Shown here: positions 1 to 11,768 of the stretch, piece by piece
Layout of the letters: each line of letters starts with the position of its first letter
Position numbering within the stretch: the stretch's first letter is position 1
Assembly: GCF_036321535.1 (NCBI RefSeq)
Contig: NC_087437.1
Location: 25,670,001-25,734,000, forward strand
Direction: 5' to 3'
Length of the DNA stretch: 64,000 nt
DNA from: Camelus dromedarius
Taxonomy: Eukaryota
The notes under the pieces: model-generated
The model's database searches: none
The model's input: only the letters and a program-made list of their open reading frames with translations
What the model was told of the DNA's origin: nothing
Program-made: the position numbers and the translations under genes

Positions 1-473
1 AGAAATTCCACTGAGCACCTATTAAGTGCTCGGTGCAAACCATGGTTCCTGCCATTGAGAATGCAGGATTATACTGAAATATCAAGACTCTGATATCAGA
101 AACCACACAAGAGAAGTACAGAATTGGAAGTCTCCAACTAGGCACAGTAGCAGGAATTCAGGGCAGGAAAACAGCAATGTGCAATGAAGCTGTTCAGCAA
201 AGGTTACAGAGAAGAGATGCCATTTGTTCGGAGCCTTAAAGGATGGGCAGAATTTAGGTGGCAGAGGAAGGAAGAAAGCATTTTAGGCATAAAGAAGAGC
301 CAACAAATGTGCAACAGTGGGACTGAAAAATGGAGTTGGCCGGGGGGGTGGTCAGCCTGTTATGAGTGTTCTCGCGAGGGAAGAGTTGGAGTGAAGTAAC
401 CAGGCTATGGAGGGACCTGAATGTCAGAATGAATCCTGCATCACAGTGCGCCCAGAGCCAGTGACCTGGTAAA

Positions 474-645
474 CAGGATTGCCAGGTCAAATACAGACTC
501 CCAGTTACATCTGATTTCAGATAACCACTTGGTTAAGTACCTTCCAAACATTGTATGGGACAGACTTATACTGGAAAAGCATTCACTGTTTACCTGAAAT
601 TTAAATTTTACTGGCTTTTGTTTTTTTGCTAAATCTGGCAACCTG
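474..645. mobile_element. MER53-like non-autonomous hAT DNA transposon
   Basis: Terminal inverted repeats caggattgccag ... ctggcaacctg with a palindromic interior. Confidence 0.7.
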
Positions 646-834
646 CAGGCAGCATTATTTTAGTAAGAATGACCTAGCAGCGGTGTTTAGGAGGCACCTG
701 TACTATCGTCAACAGAGGGAAATGAGGCATTCGGAGCACCTTTAAAACCCGCTGTCTTCCTTTCCAATTTTTTCTCAAAAATACTTGCTTCTTTAACATA
801 ATTATGTCTTTTATTTGACTTCCCTGTAAGCTAG

Positions 835-1053
835 TTTTGCCCCTTGCCCTTCCCCCAGAGGACGTCTGGCAATGTTGGGGGGATGTTTTTGGTTGTCATA
901 GTACATTTCATGTTTTGGTTGTGGGAGTGCCCCTGACATGTAGTGGGCAGAGGCCAGGAGATGCTGATAAGCACCCTACAACATGCAGGGCAGCCCCCAC
1001 AACAAAGGATCATCGAGCCCACGTGTCAAAGGTGCCAAGGTTGAGAAACCCTG
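835..1053 (+). mobile_element. MER20 DNA transposon
   Basis: tggcaatg...ttggttgtca...gaggccagg.gatgctg.taa...gccaaggttgagaaaccctg. Confidence 0.8.
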
Positions 1054-2344
1054 TTTTAAACAAAGATAAATAGAGTCTCATTCCTGGCCAGAGGTCCCTG
1101 TATTTCACAGGATCGTACACCTCCTCACAAATAGTTTACAATTTTCTGCAAATTTAAAGTGCAAGAGAGACTGTACATCCCCATTACACAGCATTTATCT
1201 TTAACATTTATTTGAAAGAAGCACCACTGCCATAAAAAAAAAAATTATATGAACTTTGCAACTTCAGCTGACTCATGCTTCACATTTTACTTGAATTGTA
1301 AAAATATGTATGCAGATCAGCCAAAGAAAGAATTTGGTTTACATCAGGGAAAGCACTGCCACGCTCCCCGTGGGGTCTGCCAAGACAGACAGGCTCGCTC
1401 TCTTGAAGCACGCCTTTCCCAACTCCTTGTCTTACTTTCAAGTCGGGTCTTTGCAACCAGAGCCAGCACTGGTTTACTCTCCTCCTTCTCCTCAGAAACA
1501 TATTTGTTTTTTCAAGTCCCGAAAGCATTCTCCTCGGTCCTGCCTGCAGGCCTTGGGGGCTTCTCCTTTTGCACCAAAATGTAAAAATGTAAATTTCTCA
1601 TTGTTCCCTTGGTGTAAGTTACCCATTATCACAGAAGGAAGGAAACTGCAGTTAAAGATCATTTTGATGCTTCCATTACCACGTGTTTTCACCCCAAGGG
1701 ATGGTTAAACTCAGAACCTCAAGTTAGAAACAAAGTTCTGAAGAAAATTTCCTTTGAATTGGTTTATACCCCACAGTCAGTCTGGGGCTTTTGTTTTCTT
1801 GTATTGTAATAATGGGCCAGTGGAAGATTAGAAGAGGCAGCCCCCGCTGTCGTGACACTGGCCGTGTACACAGAGGTGGCAATGAGGACCATGAGCACAG
1901 TCATGAGACAGGGGCTTCCTGATCACCTTACCTGGGAACGCAGGTCAGCGGAAAAGAACACCCTTGCCTTTTTCATCTCACCAGCCCCCTGGAGCTCAGA
2001 GCCTGGGGAAACATTACACTAGTTGGTCCTTTGTCTCCTGGGCTTTGAGTTAGATGTGACAATTTAGACTCTGTCTTTTGCTCTATGACCAAGGCCTCTT
2101 TTTAAGAAAACAGGTGACAAAAGAGAACATGCATAAGACGTGGTCGGAAACTCATATCTAAGGATTAATAAAGGCTGGCCATGTTTGGCCTTGACTGAAA
2201 GCAAAGTTTTCTCTGAGGCTGATTTATATTTAGCTTCCTTCTGTTCTTTACAATTGGTAAAACCAGCTCCAGCAACACTTCTTTTGAAGTATTTCAAGGC
2301 CACAAGGAGAAGTGAAAAAGAGCACAGGATTTAAAGCAAGAAGA

Positions 2345-2452
2345 ACCTAGCTCAAGTCAGCCACTTACGGGGCTGCATGCCCTTGGGCAAATTCTTTTAT
2401 CCTCTCTGAGTTTCAGTTCTTTTATCTGTAAAATGGGGATAAAAATATCTAG
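2345..2452 (+). mobile_element. MIR SINE fragment
   Basis: ccttgggcaa...ctctctgagtttcagtt...atctgtaaaatggggataa core. Confidence 0.7.
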
Positions 2453-3239
2453 CTCTTATCAAGAGTTCTTTATAAATCTAAGGTTTTATGTAAATGTTAG
2501 TTCTTATTCTGAAGCCATTGAGCAACTATGTAAGATGTCCCTCAAATGACAGGTTATATAGAAAGTGTCATTAATTGGGGTTTCAAGATGTGGATCATAC
2601 TCTCTGATGTTCTATTGTTTCTGCCAGTCTTTTGTCAGCTATCTTAGTCCCTTTTAACAGAAACACATGAGGAAAAGGAGTTACCTCTCTAACATTTAGC
2701 AAATGTAGGAATCACCTCTCTCTGCCATTCCTGGCAGGGGTCAGTCACCCAGCATGGCTGGAACATTCCCACCAAGCGTGCTGCCCCACTTGGCATTCCA
2801 TTCTGCTAGAAAATTCTGTGCTGATGAAATGTGGACAGATAGTGTTAGGAAGATAAATGAGTAACATTTGTAAAAGTATTTGAACTCTTCAAAAGAAAAA
2901 AACCCACACTGATTCCAAGGATTTTTGTTAAGATAATTGGAATTTAAAATATATTTTGGTTGATTAATGTCTCTTCTAACTTTTTTGTCTCTTGGCCTCG
3001 GAGGGGCTGAGAGAAAGAGTCAATAGACTTCACTATTTTTTTTCATTAATGGAAGTAAGTAAAGTGCACAGCAGAGGTCAATGTCTAAAAGTGGTAACCC
3101 ACCAACCATCACTACATGGTACCACCACCCTACCTATAAGCATCCCCAATCTCCACTCAGGGAGGATCCCAGTCCAGCCTTTGCAGAGCTCAGCACTCTG
3201 CACCCCAATCCAAATCAAGCCCACCTGAAGTCCTATGAT

Positions 3240-3790
3240 AAGACTCAATCAACCAACCAGGTGCTATGCAATCAGCTGAGGATACAAAATGAATAGCCAA
3301 GAACCCCACCCCTGCCGCAAGGAGCTCACCTGGGGAATAAATAGATGTGAAAACAAATGATTACAGCACAGAGTGATAGAAACTCTGATAAAGATGTGAG
3401 CCCTCACAAAGAAGGGAGGCTCAGTGCTCCGTAAGAGAGTCGTGGCAGCTTTGCAAAGAAGGGGACATTTAGACTGAATCTGGAAGAACAATGGCAATTC
3501 TCCTTGTGAACAAAGAGAGAAAGAGGATTCCAACAGAGGGAGAAGGATGCCCAAAGCCATGGAGGTAAGGAGAGGCAGGGAAGGGTGTACAGGAAAGTAG
3601 TTCAGGAACATGGGGTCACACAGCAAGTGATGCAGCCTGGGAGAGAAGGGAGGGACTAACTCACAAAGACTCTTCATGACAAGAGAGGAGGCTGGATTTC
3701 AGTAGAAGGTGAGAGAGCCACTGAAGGATGCGGTGATGAGGTAGGCATCAAGATGAGAGAGCAATGAGGACAGGGAGAGCCAAGGCTGAG
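3240..3790 (-). mobile_element. Degraded L2 LINE fragment
   Basis: Purine-rich L2-like motifs (ggagctcac, gaaggggacatttagactgaatctggaag, gagagccactgaagg). Confidence 0.5.
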
Positions 3791-4227
3791 GCACAAACTT
3801 CCTTCAATGGGCACCAGTGACAGGAACAAAATAACTGCCTTTTTAAGCTAACATCAACCTTAGACACTGCTTTAGCATCAAAGGCAGAGCAACTGTTTCC
3901 AAAATACGTCTCTGAAGGCTTAGAAAGCACTTGGTTATCACTTTGAGGAAAGGCAAACTAAACATTTTTGTGTGGCCCTAACTGTAGCTATGACTAAACG
4001 GGTAAATTGGTAAGCCAAAAGAGATAACAGATTACGAGTAAGCCCCTTCGGTTTTGTTAGATAACTCAAATATTACATTACACCAATAAAGATATTGAGA
4101 GACTTGAAAGTCATCTGACATATGAGAAGTTAATAGATAATGACTGTGATCTTGTCTTAAATCATCTCTAGTCTTCAAAACTTCCCACGTTTGGAACCAA
4201 TCCTGAAGAATCACATTTCCCTTTTTC

Positions 4228-4480
4228 CCAGTTTTTCGGGGATATAACTGACATATAATGTTGTGTAAATTTAAGGTATAAAATGTGATGACTTGATACA
4301 CTATAAAGTGTTTACCACATTAGATTACACACCCTCTACCTGACATAATTATCATTTTGTTGTTATGGTGAGAACATTAAACCTCTACCCTCATAGCCAT
4401 CTTCAAGTACACAATACAGTATTGTTAACTATAGTCACAGTGCCGTACATGACATACCTGGAACTTATTAGAATCTTATT
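4228..4480 (-). mobile_element. L1 3' end fragment
   Basis: gatataactgacatataa...tttaaggt...atggtgagaacattaa...caagtacacaatacagtattgttaactatagtcac. Confidence 0.75.
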
Positions 4481-6639
4481 TCTACTAAAAGTAAGAATTC
4501 AAGGCTTAAGGGAAAAAAATAAAAAACAGAAAAGTAGAAAGCCTGAGGAGGGTAACTAGAGAAGAAGTAAGAGTACTCTAGGATCAGAGGTTCTGCCTCA
4601 CAGAAACATAACTAGAAGTTCCCTTGGATGAATGGCAAGTTAAAGAAACTGTAGAACAGTAGGAAACGGGCTGTTTACCTACCAGAAGAACTGGTACCTC
4701 ACTATGTTTCACAACTCTAAAAGATGGTTTTAAATCTGTCCTGAGCATTGTGCAATGTTTACAGATTATTCTGATTTCAACCGGCAGTAAGCCCCATACT
4801 GCAGGGTGGAGAGAAGACCTAATTCTAGTATGTTGGTTAGAATAAGATTAAACAAAAACAATACCTTTAGATCACAGCAGTAAAGATTCCATACAGTATG
4901 AGAAAGCACATATTAGTTTACTAGTTTGGAAAAAAAAAAGGGAATTAAAAGCCTAAAATGTTCAAGTTACTGTCCCAAAACTCTGGGAATAATAAATTAA
5001 TTCCAAGAATTTGATTGCATCACTTCAGTGGACCAGACCAGAAAAACACAGTTTAAGTTTTAATCATTCCTTTTAAATTTTCAAATTTACCACTTGGTTG
5101 ATGAAGCATTAATGCTTTGAGAGCTAGAATCCTTGAAATCTTACAGCCACGCCCTCATCAATTTGACTTAAGATTTTACTAAACCAGTTTTAATATTAGA
5201 ACAAGAATTAAGGGAAGTTGCTACTTTGTAAAAAGAGAATTATTCTGATGTCATCACCTGCCTCACAGCTTCCAGGCATATGTACAAGACAATTACAATG
5301 CCAACATATGAAATATAGCTAGTTTTATAGCCAGAATGAATCATAGCTAATTCTCCTGCAGTAAACAATCAGAGACAGCTAAGTCAAGTCTTGCTTTTCA
5401 AGTGATTCTGTTAAATAGACAGTATGTCAATGAATATTCGGGAGTTGACAGCACAGGGAGTGGGTGTGGTGTAGAGCCCTTCTCCTTGAGTTGGGTGTAG
5501 GGGGTGGGAGGGCAACAAGTCTGATGCTGCTTCTAAGAAAAAAAAAAAACACATAAGCTAATACTTGCTACTTTTTAAATTCTGGAACTCAAATGTTCTG
5601 CATTTTGAAATGAAACAAATGTTCTCCAATTTTTCAGTCTAAAAATTCTTCCATGCTGGAACTACCACTCCTCCTTGGAACTGTCCAGTCTTGAGCATTT
5701 TTGTTACCACAGAACGTTGCATTGACTATCAATCATTCCTATGAGTGGGTTCTAACACTCCTGCCCCAACTCACATAATCCTATCATGACTTAATCTTGG
5801 CTTTATAACCTGCTATATTTCCAGGTGCTTTTTGCATTGTTTTGTTTGGGGTTATTTTGTATGCATTTGGTGTTTGCTTGCCTGTACTAGGCAGACAACC
5901 TCTTTGCACAGCCATAAAGACCCTGCCTCCTGCTTTTCTCTCACAAGCTCCAGAGACAAGATAAATTTGCCAAACTAATCCTTTGTTATAACCTAGTTCT
6001 TCACAGGGGGAGACATTTTACTATGTCAATAAATGGGGTATCTAGGATAGCTTCATTTCTCTAGCCGGAACTGAGGTTTAAAAAAAAAAAAAGTTTAACA
6101 AGACTAAGTAAGTCCAGGAAAAAAAAAAAAAAGAGCAACTAAATTCCATGTAAATAGAAAAGAAGATGAAGTAAATCACTGTCCTCTGACTAAAATAGAA
6201 CTTAGAGCTAGGACCCAGATTTTACTGCAACAATGATTTAAAATAAATGTAAGGACCTAATTCTCAAACAATAGCATAAGAAGTGTGCCAAACATCCTCA
6301 GAGTTTCAACAAAGAGTTACTGAGTAACCACTAGGAGTGAAGCCCTGGGGACACTGAGATAAAGGACAGAAAGTCACTGAGAACCCAGAGGACAGCTGAT
6401 GGTACTGACACAATATGACACGCTGTGCACATGACAAAGGGAAGCTCAGAGTGAGTGCTGGATGAGGGGATTAGGAAAGACATCCCACAAGAATCACCTG
6501 GATCACACGACTAAATAGGGATGGGCACTCTCTTGAATTGTGACTTACATGTCTTCATCTTAAAAATAATGTACAGGTGTCTGTTTGTTTCAGTGTGTGC
6601 TTTTATTTCTTCACTCACTCACTGCTGGCTCTTCTGCAG

Positions 6640-6724
6640 AATACCCTGGCCAAAGCTGCCGTGGAAGAACTTGCCACCCTGCATGGCACCAAGTACACAT
6701 ATGGCCCAGGAGCTTCAACAATCT
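6640..6724 (+). CDS. CPB1: Carboxypeptidase B1 (pancreatic), penultimate exon (exon 10)
   Basis: ttctgcag|AAT...ATCT|gtgagt. The 85-nt exon translates [28 protein letters not shown](Y) and has the same length and phase as paralogous CPA3 exon 10. Upstream exons lie outside the window. Confidence 0.95.
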
Positions 6725-8416
6725 GTGAGTTTTGGCTTCAGAACTGTGCAAAGAATCCACGTGGCTAAAAGGCGACAAATGGTTCCCAGAGTCTTTCCTT
6801 TCTATCATTTAAAGCATGTGGCTTTTGCCTGACAGTGAATTTTTTTACAAAATATGTAATTGGTTTTCTGTTCAGGAAAAGGGCGGGGAGGCAGGGAGGG
6901 AAATATCCCTTTTAGCCCACAGAAACATTTGCTCTTTGGGAACATCTATTGAGCATCTACCACGTGCCAGCCCTCATTAGGTGCTGGGGAGGAAAGATGA
7001 AGGGAAGACAAGAGAAGATAAAGGAAGGTGGGGGACCAGGGAGCAATCTTCAAACCACCCACAGCAGGGAAGCAGGAAGAGGTACCGTCAATTGTCATAC
7101 AGGTGCTAAGTGCTGTGACAGAAGGATGCACAAGAAAAGAGCACCCTCAAAGACTAAGCACCCCTCCCACAGTATCAGGGATGATTTCTCAGGATGATGA
7201 CACAGAAGCTTTATCTGGAAGGACAGAGAGAAGGTTTTCCTGGCTAAACAGACTGCAGGTTGCAAGGGCTATTTCAGGCTCAAGCTACTTGCAAGGGAAA
7301 GAGGTAAGTGGCAAGAGGGTTAGGTAGGGGCCAGACCCCAGAGCCTTGGATGCTGCTGCTTGGATTCCACTGGGAAGGCACATTGTGCAGGCCCCATTTT
7401 CCATTTCTACATATATTTTGCCTTTGCATGATTTCTTTCTGTCCCAAGCCTTAAAGGACAAGAAATGCAAGAAAAAAGGCCACTCTTATCATCAAGGGGC
7501 CTCCAATGGAGGATAGGCTCTAATCTTGAGGGCTTTTTTAAAAAGCTTCATGTAGACTACAGCCTTCTGTATTCCTGTCCTTTACTGAACTTCTCTGTAT
7601 CAGATGGGGTATACTGTTTTCTTAAAGGGGCTTCTATCAGAAATAACCCACCTACCTACTCACATATTGTGAACTTCTTGTAGGTTTTTTCAGGCTAGTT
7701 CAACAAGGCTCCTTTTTCCATTACACCATAAGCCCTTGGAGGGCAGGGTCATGTCTTTCCTTTGTCCTGGCATCTCCAGAGTTGAGCACATGGCCTGCTG
7801 CTCAGTGAGAGCCTTACTGCTGTTGACTGAATAAATAAATGAATAAATAAGCAAGTGATTGAATAAATGAATGACATCATAACTGTCATTGAATGAATAA
7901 CTGAATGAGTGCCTCGTCTATGCCAGGCCATATGCTAGAGCCTGAGGATACAAAAATGAAGGCACAGCCCTGCCCTGGAGCTGCTCCAATGTCGTTATTC
8001 AGCAAGTTTCAGCAGGGTTTGGAGTCCTCTCCTCTCACAATCATCATGCAGTTTTTCCTATTCTTCCAGGAACATACATTCTTTTCCCAGAAATTGTATA
8101 TATTTCATAAACAAATTACACACTATACAGCAGAGTTTACCACAGCACACAAGCACACTGAGAAGTTTAAATATTATAAAGTATATACTTCCTGGGATAT
8201 TAAAGACACCACTCCCACAAAGCAGACTTAGTAGTAAAGCTGGGCTAATTTTTAAGATAGCCCCCATAGCTTTTATGATCCAGTTTACTAGGAAATTCAC
8301 CTACCTATGCAATTTTATGCAGTGAAACATCTGTAACTGTAAAAGGAAGTTGGCGGGCTTTTTAATCTCCTTCCTAGATGTAAAGATCTTTTTTTTCTTC
8401 TGTTTGCTCATTTCAG

Positions 8417-8604
8417 ACCCTGCTGCTGGGGGCTCTGATGACTGGGCTTATGACCTAGGAATCAAATACTCCTTCACCTTTGAACTCCGAGACAAAGGGA
8501 GATATGGCTTTGCCCTCCCTGAATCCCAGATCCAGGCAACCTGTGAGGAGACAATGCTGGCGATCAACCATGTTACCAGCTATGTCCTGGAACATCTGTA
8601 CTAG
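8417..8604 (+). CDS. CPB1: Carboxypeptidase B1, last coding exon (exon 11)
   Basis: tttcag|AC CCT... translates (Y)[61 protein letters not shown]. The basic-residue specificity Asp255 (gat 8437-8439) and catalytic Glu270 (gaa 8482-8484) are intact. Confidence 0.96.
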
Positions 8605-8755
8605 TCCAGAGTGCTAAGAGCCTTATTTCTAAATGTTCACTCTTTCTTTCTTTTCTACCCTGAACTCCTACTTTTGCCTAGATATTTTCCAGACCCCAAT
8701 CTTTCTTTTAAGCTTCTGGGTCTATGAAACTACTTGGATCTTTAATACTGATCAT

Positions 8756-8761
8756 AATAAA
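8756..8761 (+). terminator. CPB1: CPB1 polyadenylation signal AATAAA
   Basis: First AATAAA, ~150 nt after the TAG stop. Confidence 0.7.
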
Positions 8762-9447
8762 AGTGAATCATTATAATTGAAAAACCTGACAGATTGTCCA
8801 CTTCTTTGGGGAAAAAAAAAGATATGAACAAAGGATTAAACAAGCAATGCAAAACTGATGATGTAGATCAGCAATATAGGTGTTAACAGTCCTTGGGGTG
8901 CTGGCCAGTCCTGGCAGAGTGCAGAGGTACACAGGTTAGAGCCGGGGGCTGATGAGGAAGAAGAAACATAGGGGAAATTTAAGACTGTAAAGTGTGGTAT
9001 AGCTTTCATCTCAGCTCATTTGAGTTATTTTCTGAGCTGTTTACTACATGCCAAGCACTTTGCTAAGCAATTTGGACAGAGCAATGAAAGAGAAAGATAA
9101 CATTTCTGCCCTCAATGGCTGTATTGGCCATTAGGGAAGATGGACACGAAACAAATAATTATCTAACTAGTTATTTAATAATTAGTGATTTAATTTACAT
9201 TACCTACCTCGTGAGGGAGAAACTGCTCTCAGGAATGATTCACAATTAGCTGGACGAAGGGAGCACCCCTTCCAGGCCCTGTAACTATACAGATGCTATG
9301 AGAAGAAAGCCAGAGAGGGTGGAACTCAGACAGTTGAGGGAAGAGGGGTACGTGTAAGGGCCGAGGAGGGAGTTGGGGATCATGTCAAGCAGAGCTTAGA
9401 GGTCATGTTAGGGATTCAGTACATTGGTCTAAGAACAATAAGAAGCC

Positions 9448-10659
9448 TTGGGAGATGGATCCAAAAAATATTGCCACAATTTATGTCAAAGAGTGTTCTG
9501 CCTATGGTTTCTTCTAGGAGTTTTATAGTATCTAGTCTTATATTTAGGTCTTTAATCCATTTTGAGTTTATTTTTGTATATGGTGTTAGAGAATGTTCTA
9601 ATTTCATCTTTTCTTACGATTAGCTGTTCAGTTTTCCCAGCACCATTTATTGAAGAGACTGTCTCTTCTCCATTATATATTCCTGCCTCCTTTGTCACAG
9701 ATTAGTAAGTAAAGGAAACAAAAGCAAAAATAAACAAATGGAACCAAATTAAACTTAAAGCCTTTCGCACAGCAAAGGAAACCATCAGCAAAATAAAAAG
9801 AATGGGAAAAGATATTTGCAAATGATATGACCAATAAGGGGTTAACGTTCAAAATGTATAAACAACTCACACAACTCAACACCAGAAAACAAACAACCCA
9901 ACTTAAAAACGGGCAGAAGAACTGAATAGACATTTTTCCAAAGAGGAAATGCAGATGGCCAACAGGCACATGAAAAGATGCTCAACATCACTAATCATCA
10001 GGGAAATGCAAATCAAAACAACCATAAGATATCACCTCACACCTGTCAGAACAGCCGTCATTAAAAAACAGAAAACATAATGCTGCTGTTAATAGTGGGG
10101 TATATGTATCTTTTTAAATTAATTCTTATTTTGTGATTGGCTTTATTCCTTTGATAACTATGTAAACTTAAAAAGTTAAAGCTCTAAACATTCTTAGGAA
10201 CAATGAACAGTACACATGTAAATTTTTTAAGTGTAGGATATTCTATATATGTATTTATATGCAATATATTGTACATGTGCAGTCAAATTATAACAATTCT
10301 ACCTAATAAAACTGAAAGCTGAAAAACAAAAGAAAACAAAAAAGAACACAAAAAACAAATGGCGAGGATATGGAGAAAAGGGAACTCTCCTACACTGTTA
10401 GTAGGAATGTAAACTGGTGCAGCCACTATGGGAAAGAGTATGGAGGTTTCTCTAAAAACTAAAAATAGAATTATCATATGACCCAGCAATTCCACTCCTG
10501 GATGTATAGCTGGAAAAAACAAAAACACTAATTCAAAAAGATACATGCACCCCAATGTTCATAGCAGCACTATTACATTTGCCAAGACATCAAAAAAAAT
10601 CTAAGTGTCCATTAACAGCTGAATGGATACAGAAGATGTGATGTGTATGTGTGTACGTG

Positions 10660-10690
<31 letters not shown>

Positions 10691-11106
10691 TGTATTTATA
10701 TATATATATATATATATGTGATGTGTATTTATATATATATACACACACACAACTGTATACTACTCAGCCATAAAAAAGGATGAAATTTTGCCATTTGCAG
10801 TAACATGGATGAATTTGGAGGGCACTGTGCTAAGTGAAATAAGTCAGACAGAGAGAGACAAATACTATATAATATCACTTATTTGTGGAATCTGAAAAAT
10901 ACAACTAGTGATAAAATAAAAAAGAAGCAGACTCACAGATACAGAGAACAAACTAGTGGCTACCAATGGGGAGAGGAAAGAGGGAGGGGCATTATAGTGG
11001 TAAGGGAAAAAAAAAGGTTATTATGGGATTATATGAAATCATGTGTGTGAAACTTTTGAAAATTATGAAGCACTATAGAATTTAAAGAACCTTTCATTCA
11101 ATAAAA
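9448..11106 (+). mobile_element. 5'-truncated, 5'-inverted L1 (twin priming) with 17-bp TSD
   Basis: 9448-~9705 is antisense ORF2 ([18 protein letters not shown]); ~9706-11106 is the sense ORF2 end and 3'UTR. TSD aagaacaataagaagcc (9431-9447) / aagaacaattaaaagcc (11107-11123). Confidence 0.85.
10659..10750. repeat. Compound (TA)n/(CA)n microsatellite inside the L1
   Basis: Repeated (ta)n-tgatgtgtattt units followed by (ac)n. Confidence 0.85.
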
Positions 11107-11600
11107 AAGAACAATTAAAAGCCATTAAAGATGTTAACTTGTAAATGACAGGATCAGAGGTTTTTTTTTTAAACACCATCCAGGCTAAGGTGTGGAAAGT
11201 AGATTGAAGTGAAACAAGAGGATGCCAGGGACCCTGGCTGGATCAGTTGGGCTTAAAATGAAAGAGGCAAAAATCACTCTATGACTTGTATATCAAACAT
11301 GACTTGAAGTTTTCCAGAATTAGAATTGAACGTGCTAACGTTGAAGAGTATTGTGCAAAGTTCAAATTTTAAAATATAATAATATGTATTTAGATTGTAA
11401 TTTGGGAGTATTCTTAGTTTAAAATCATAGAACAAAAGATTACCTCATTATTTTCCATGTGGATTCAAGACTGAAAACAGGATTCCATATCTAGCATAAT
11501 ATGTTGAAATATCTATAACAGTGTTCTATTCAAAAACAATCCATTAAAGTCACAATGATTTGCTTAGCTGTCAACCCAAAGAATGATTAATTTCATTAAT

Positions 11601-11619
11601 TGTCCACTAGATGGTAGCA
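11601..11619 (+). promoter_or_regulatory. Candidate CTCF site between CPB1 and CPA3
   Basis: TGTCCACTAGATGGTAGCA versus consensus TG[G/T]CCAC[C/T]AG[A/G][G/T]GGC[A/G]C/G; one core mismatch. Confidence 0.5.
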
Positions 11620-11701
11620 GTGCAGCTGCTACAATTTGTCAAGCAATCATCTTTAGCAATACATCATTTAAATAGGCAGAGAAAAAGAGAGCCTTAAGTG
11701 C

Positions 11702-11768
11702 AAAAAAAAAAAAAAAAAAGAAAGAAAGAGAAAGAAAAGAAAAGGAAAAAAGAAAGGAAGAAAAAGAA
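11702..11768 (+). repeat. A-rich / (GAAA-GAAAA)n low-complexity tract
   Basis: Poly-A followed by gaaa/gaaaa units. Confidence 0.8.

Noticed and set aside
1..6639. Additional CPB1 exons or a nested gene (e.g. ORFs 1249-1708)
   Set aside because: No carboxypeptidase-like translation or convincing splice-flanked ORF. The region is consistent with a long intron containing MER, MIR, L2 and L1 fragments.
9405..10555. ORF-track ORFs at 9405-10555 (also 22420-24981, 30987-31178, 46252-48456) as novel genes
   Set aside because: They are frameshifted L1 ORF1/ORF2 fragments or their antisense frames.
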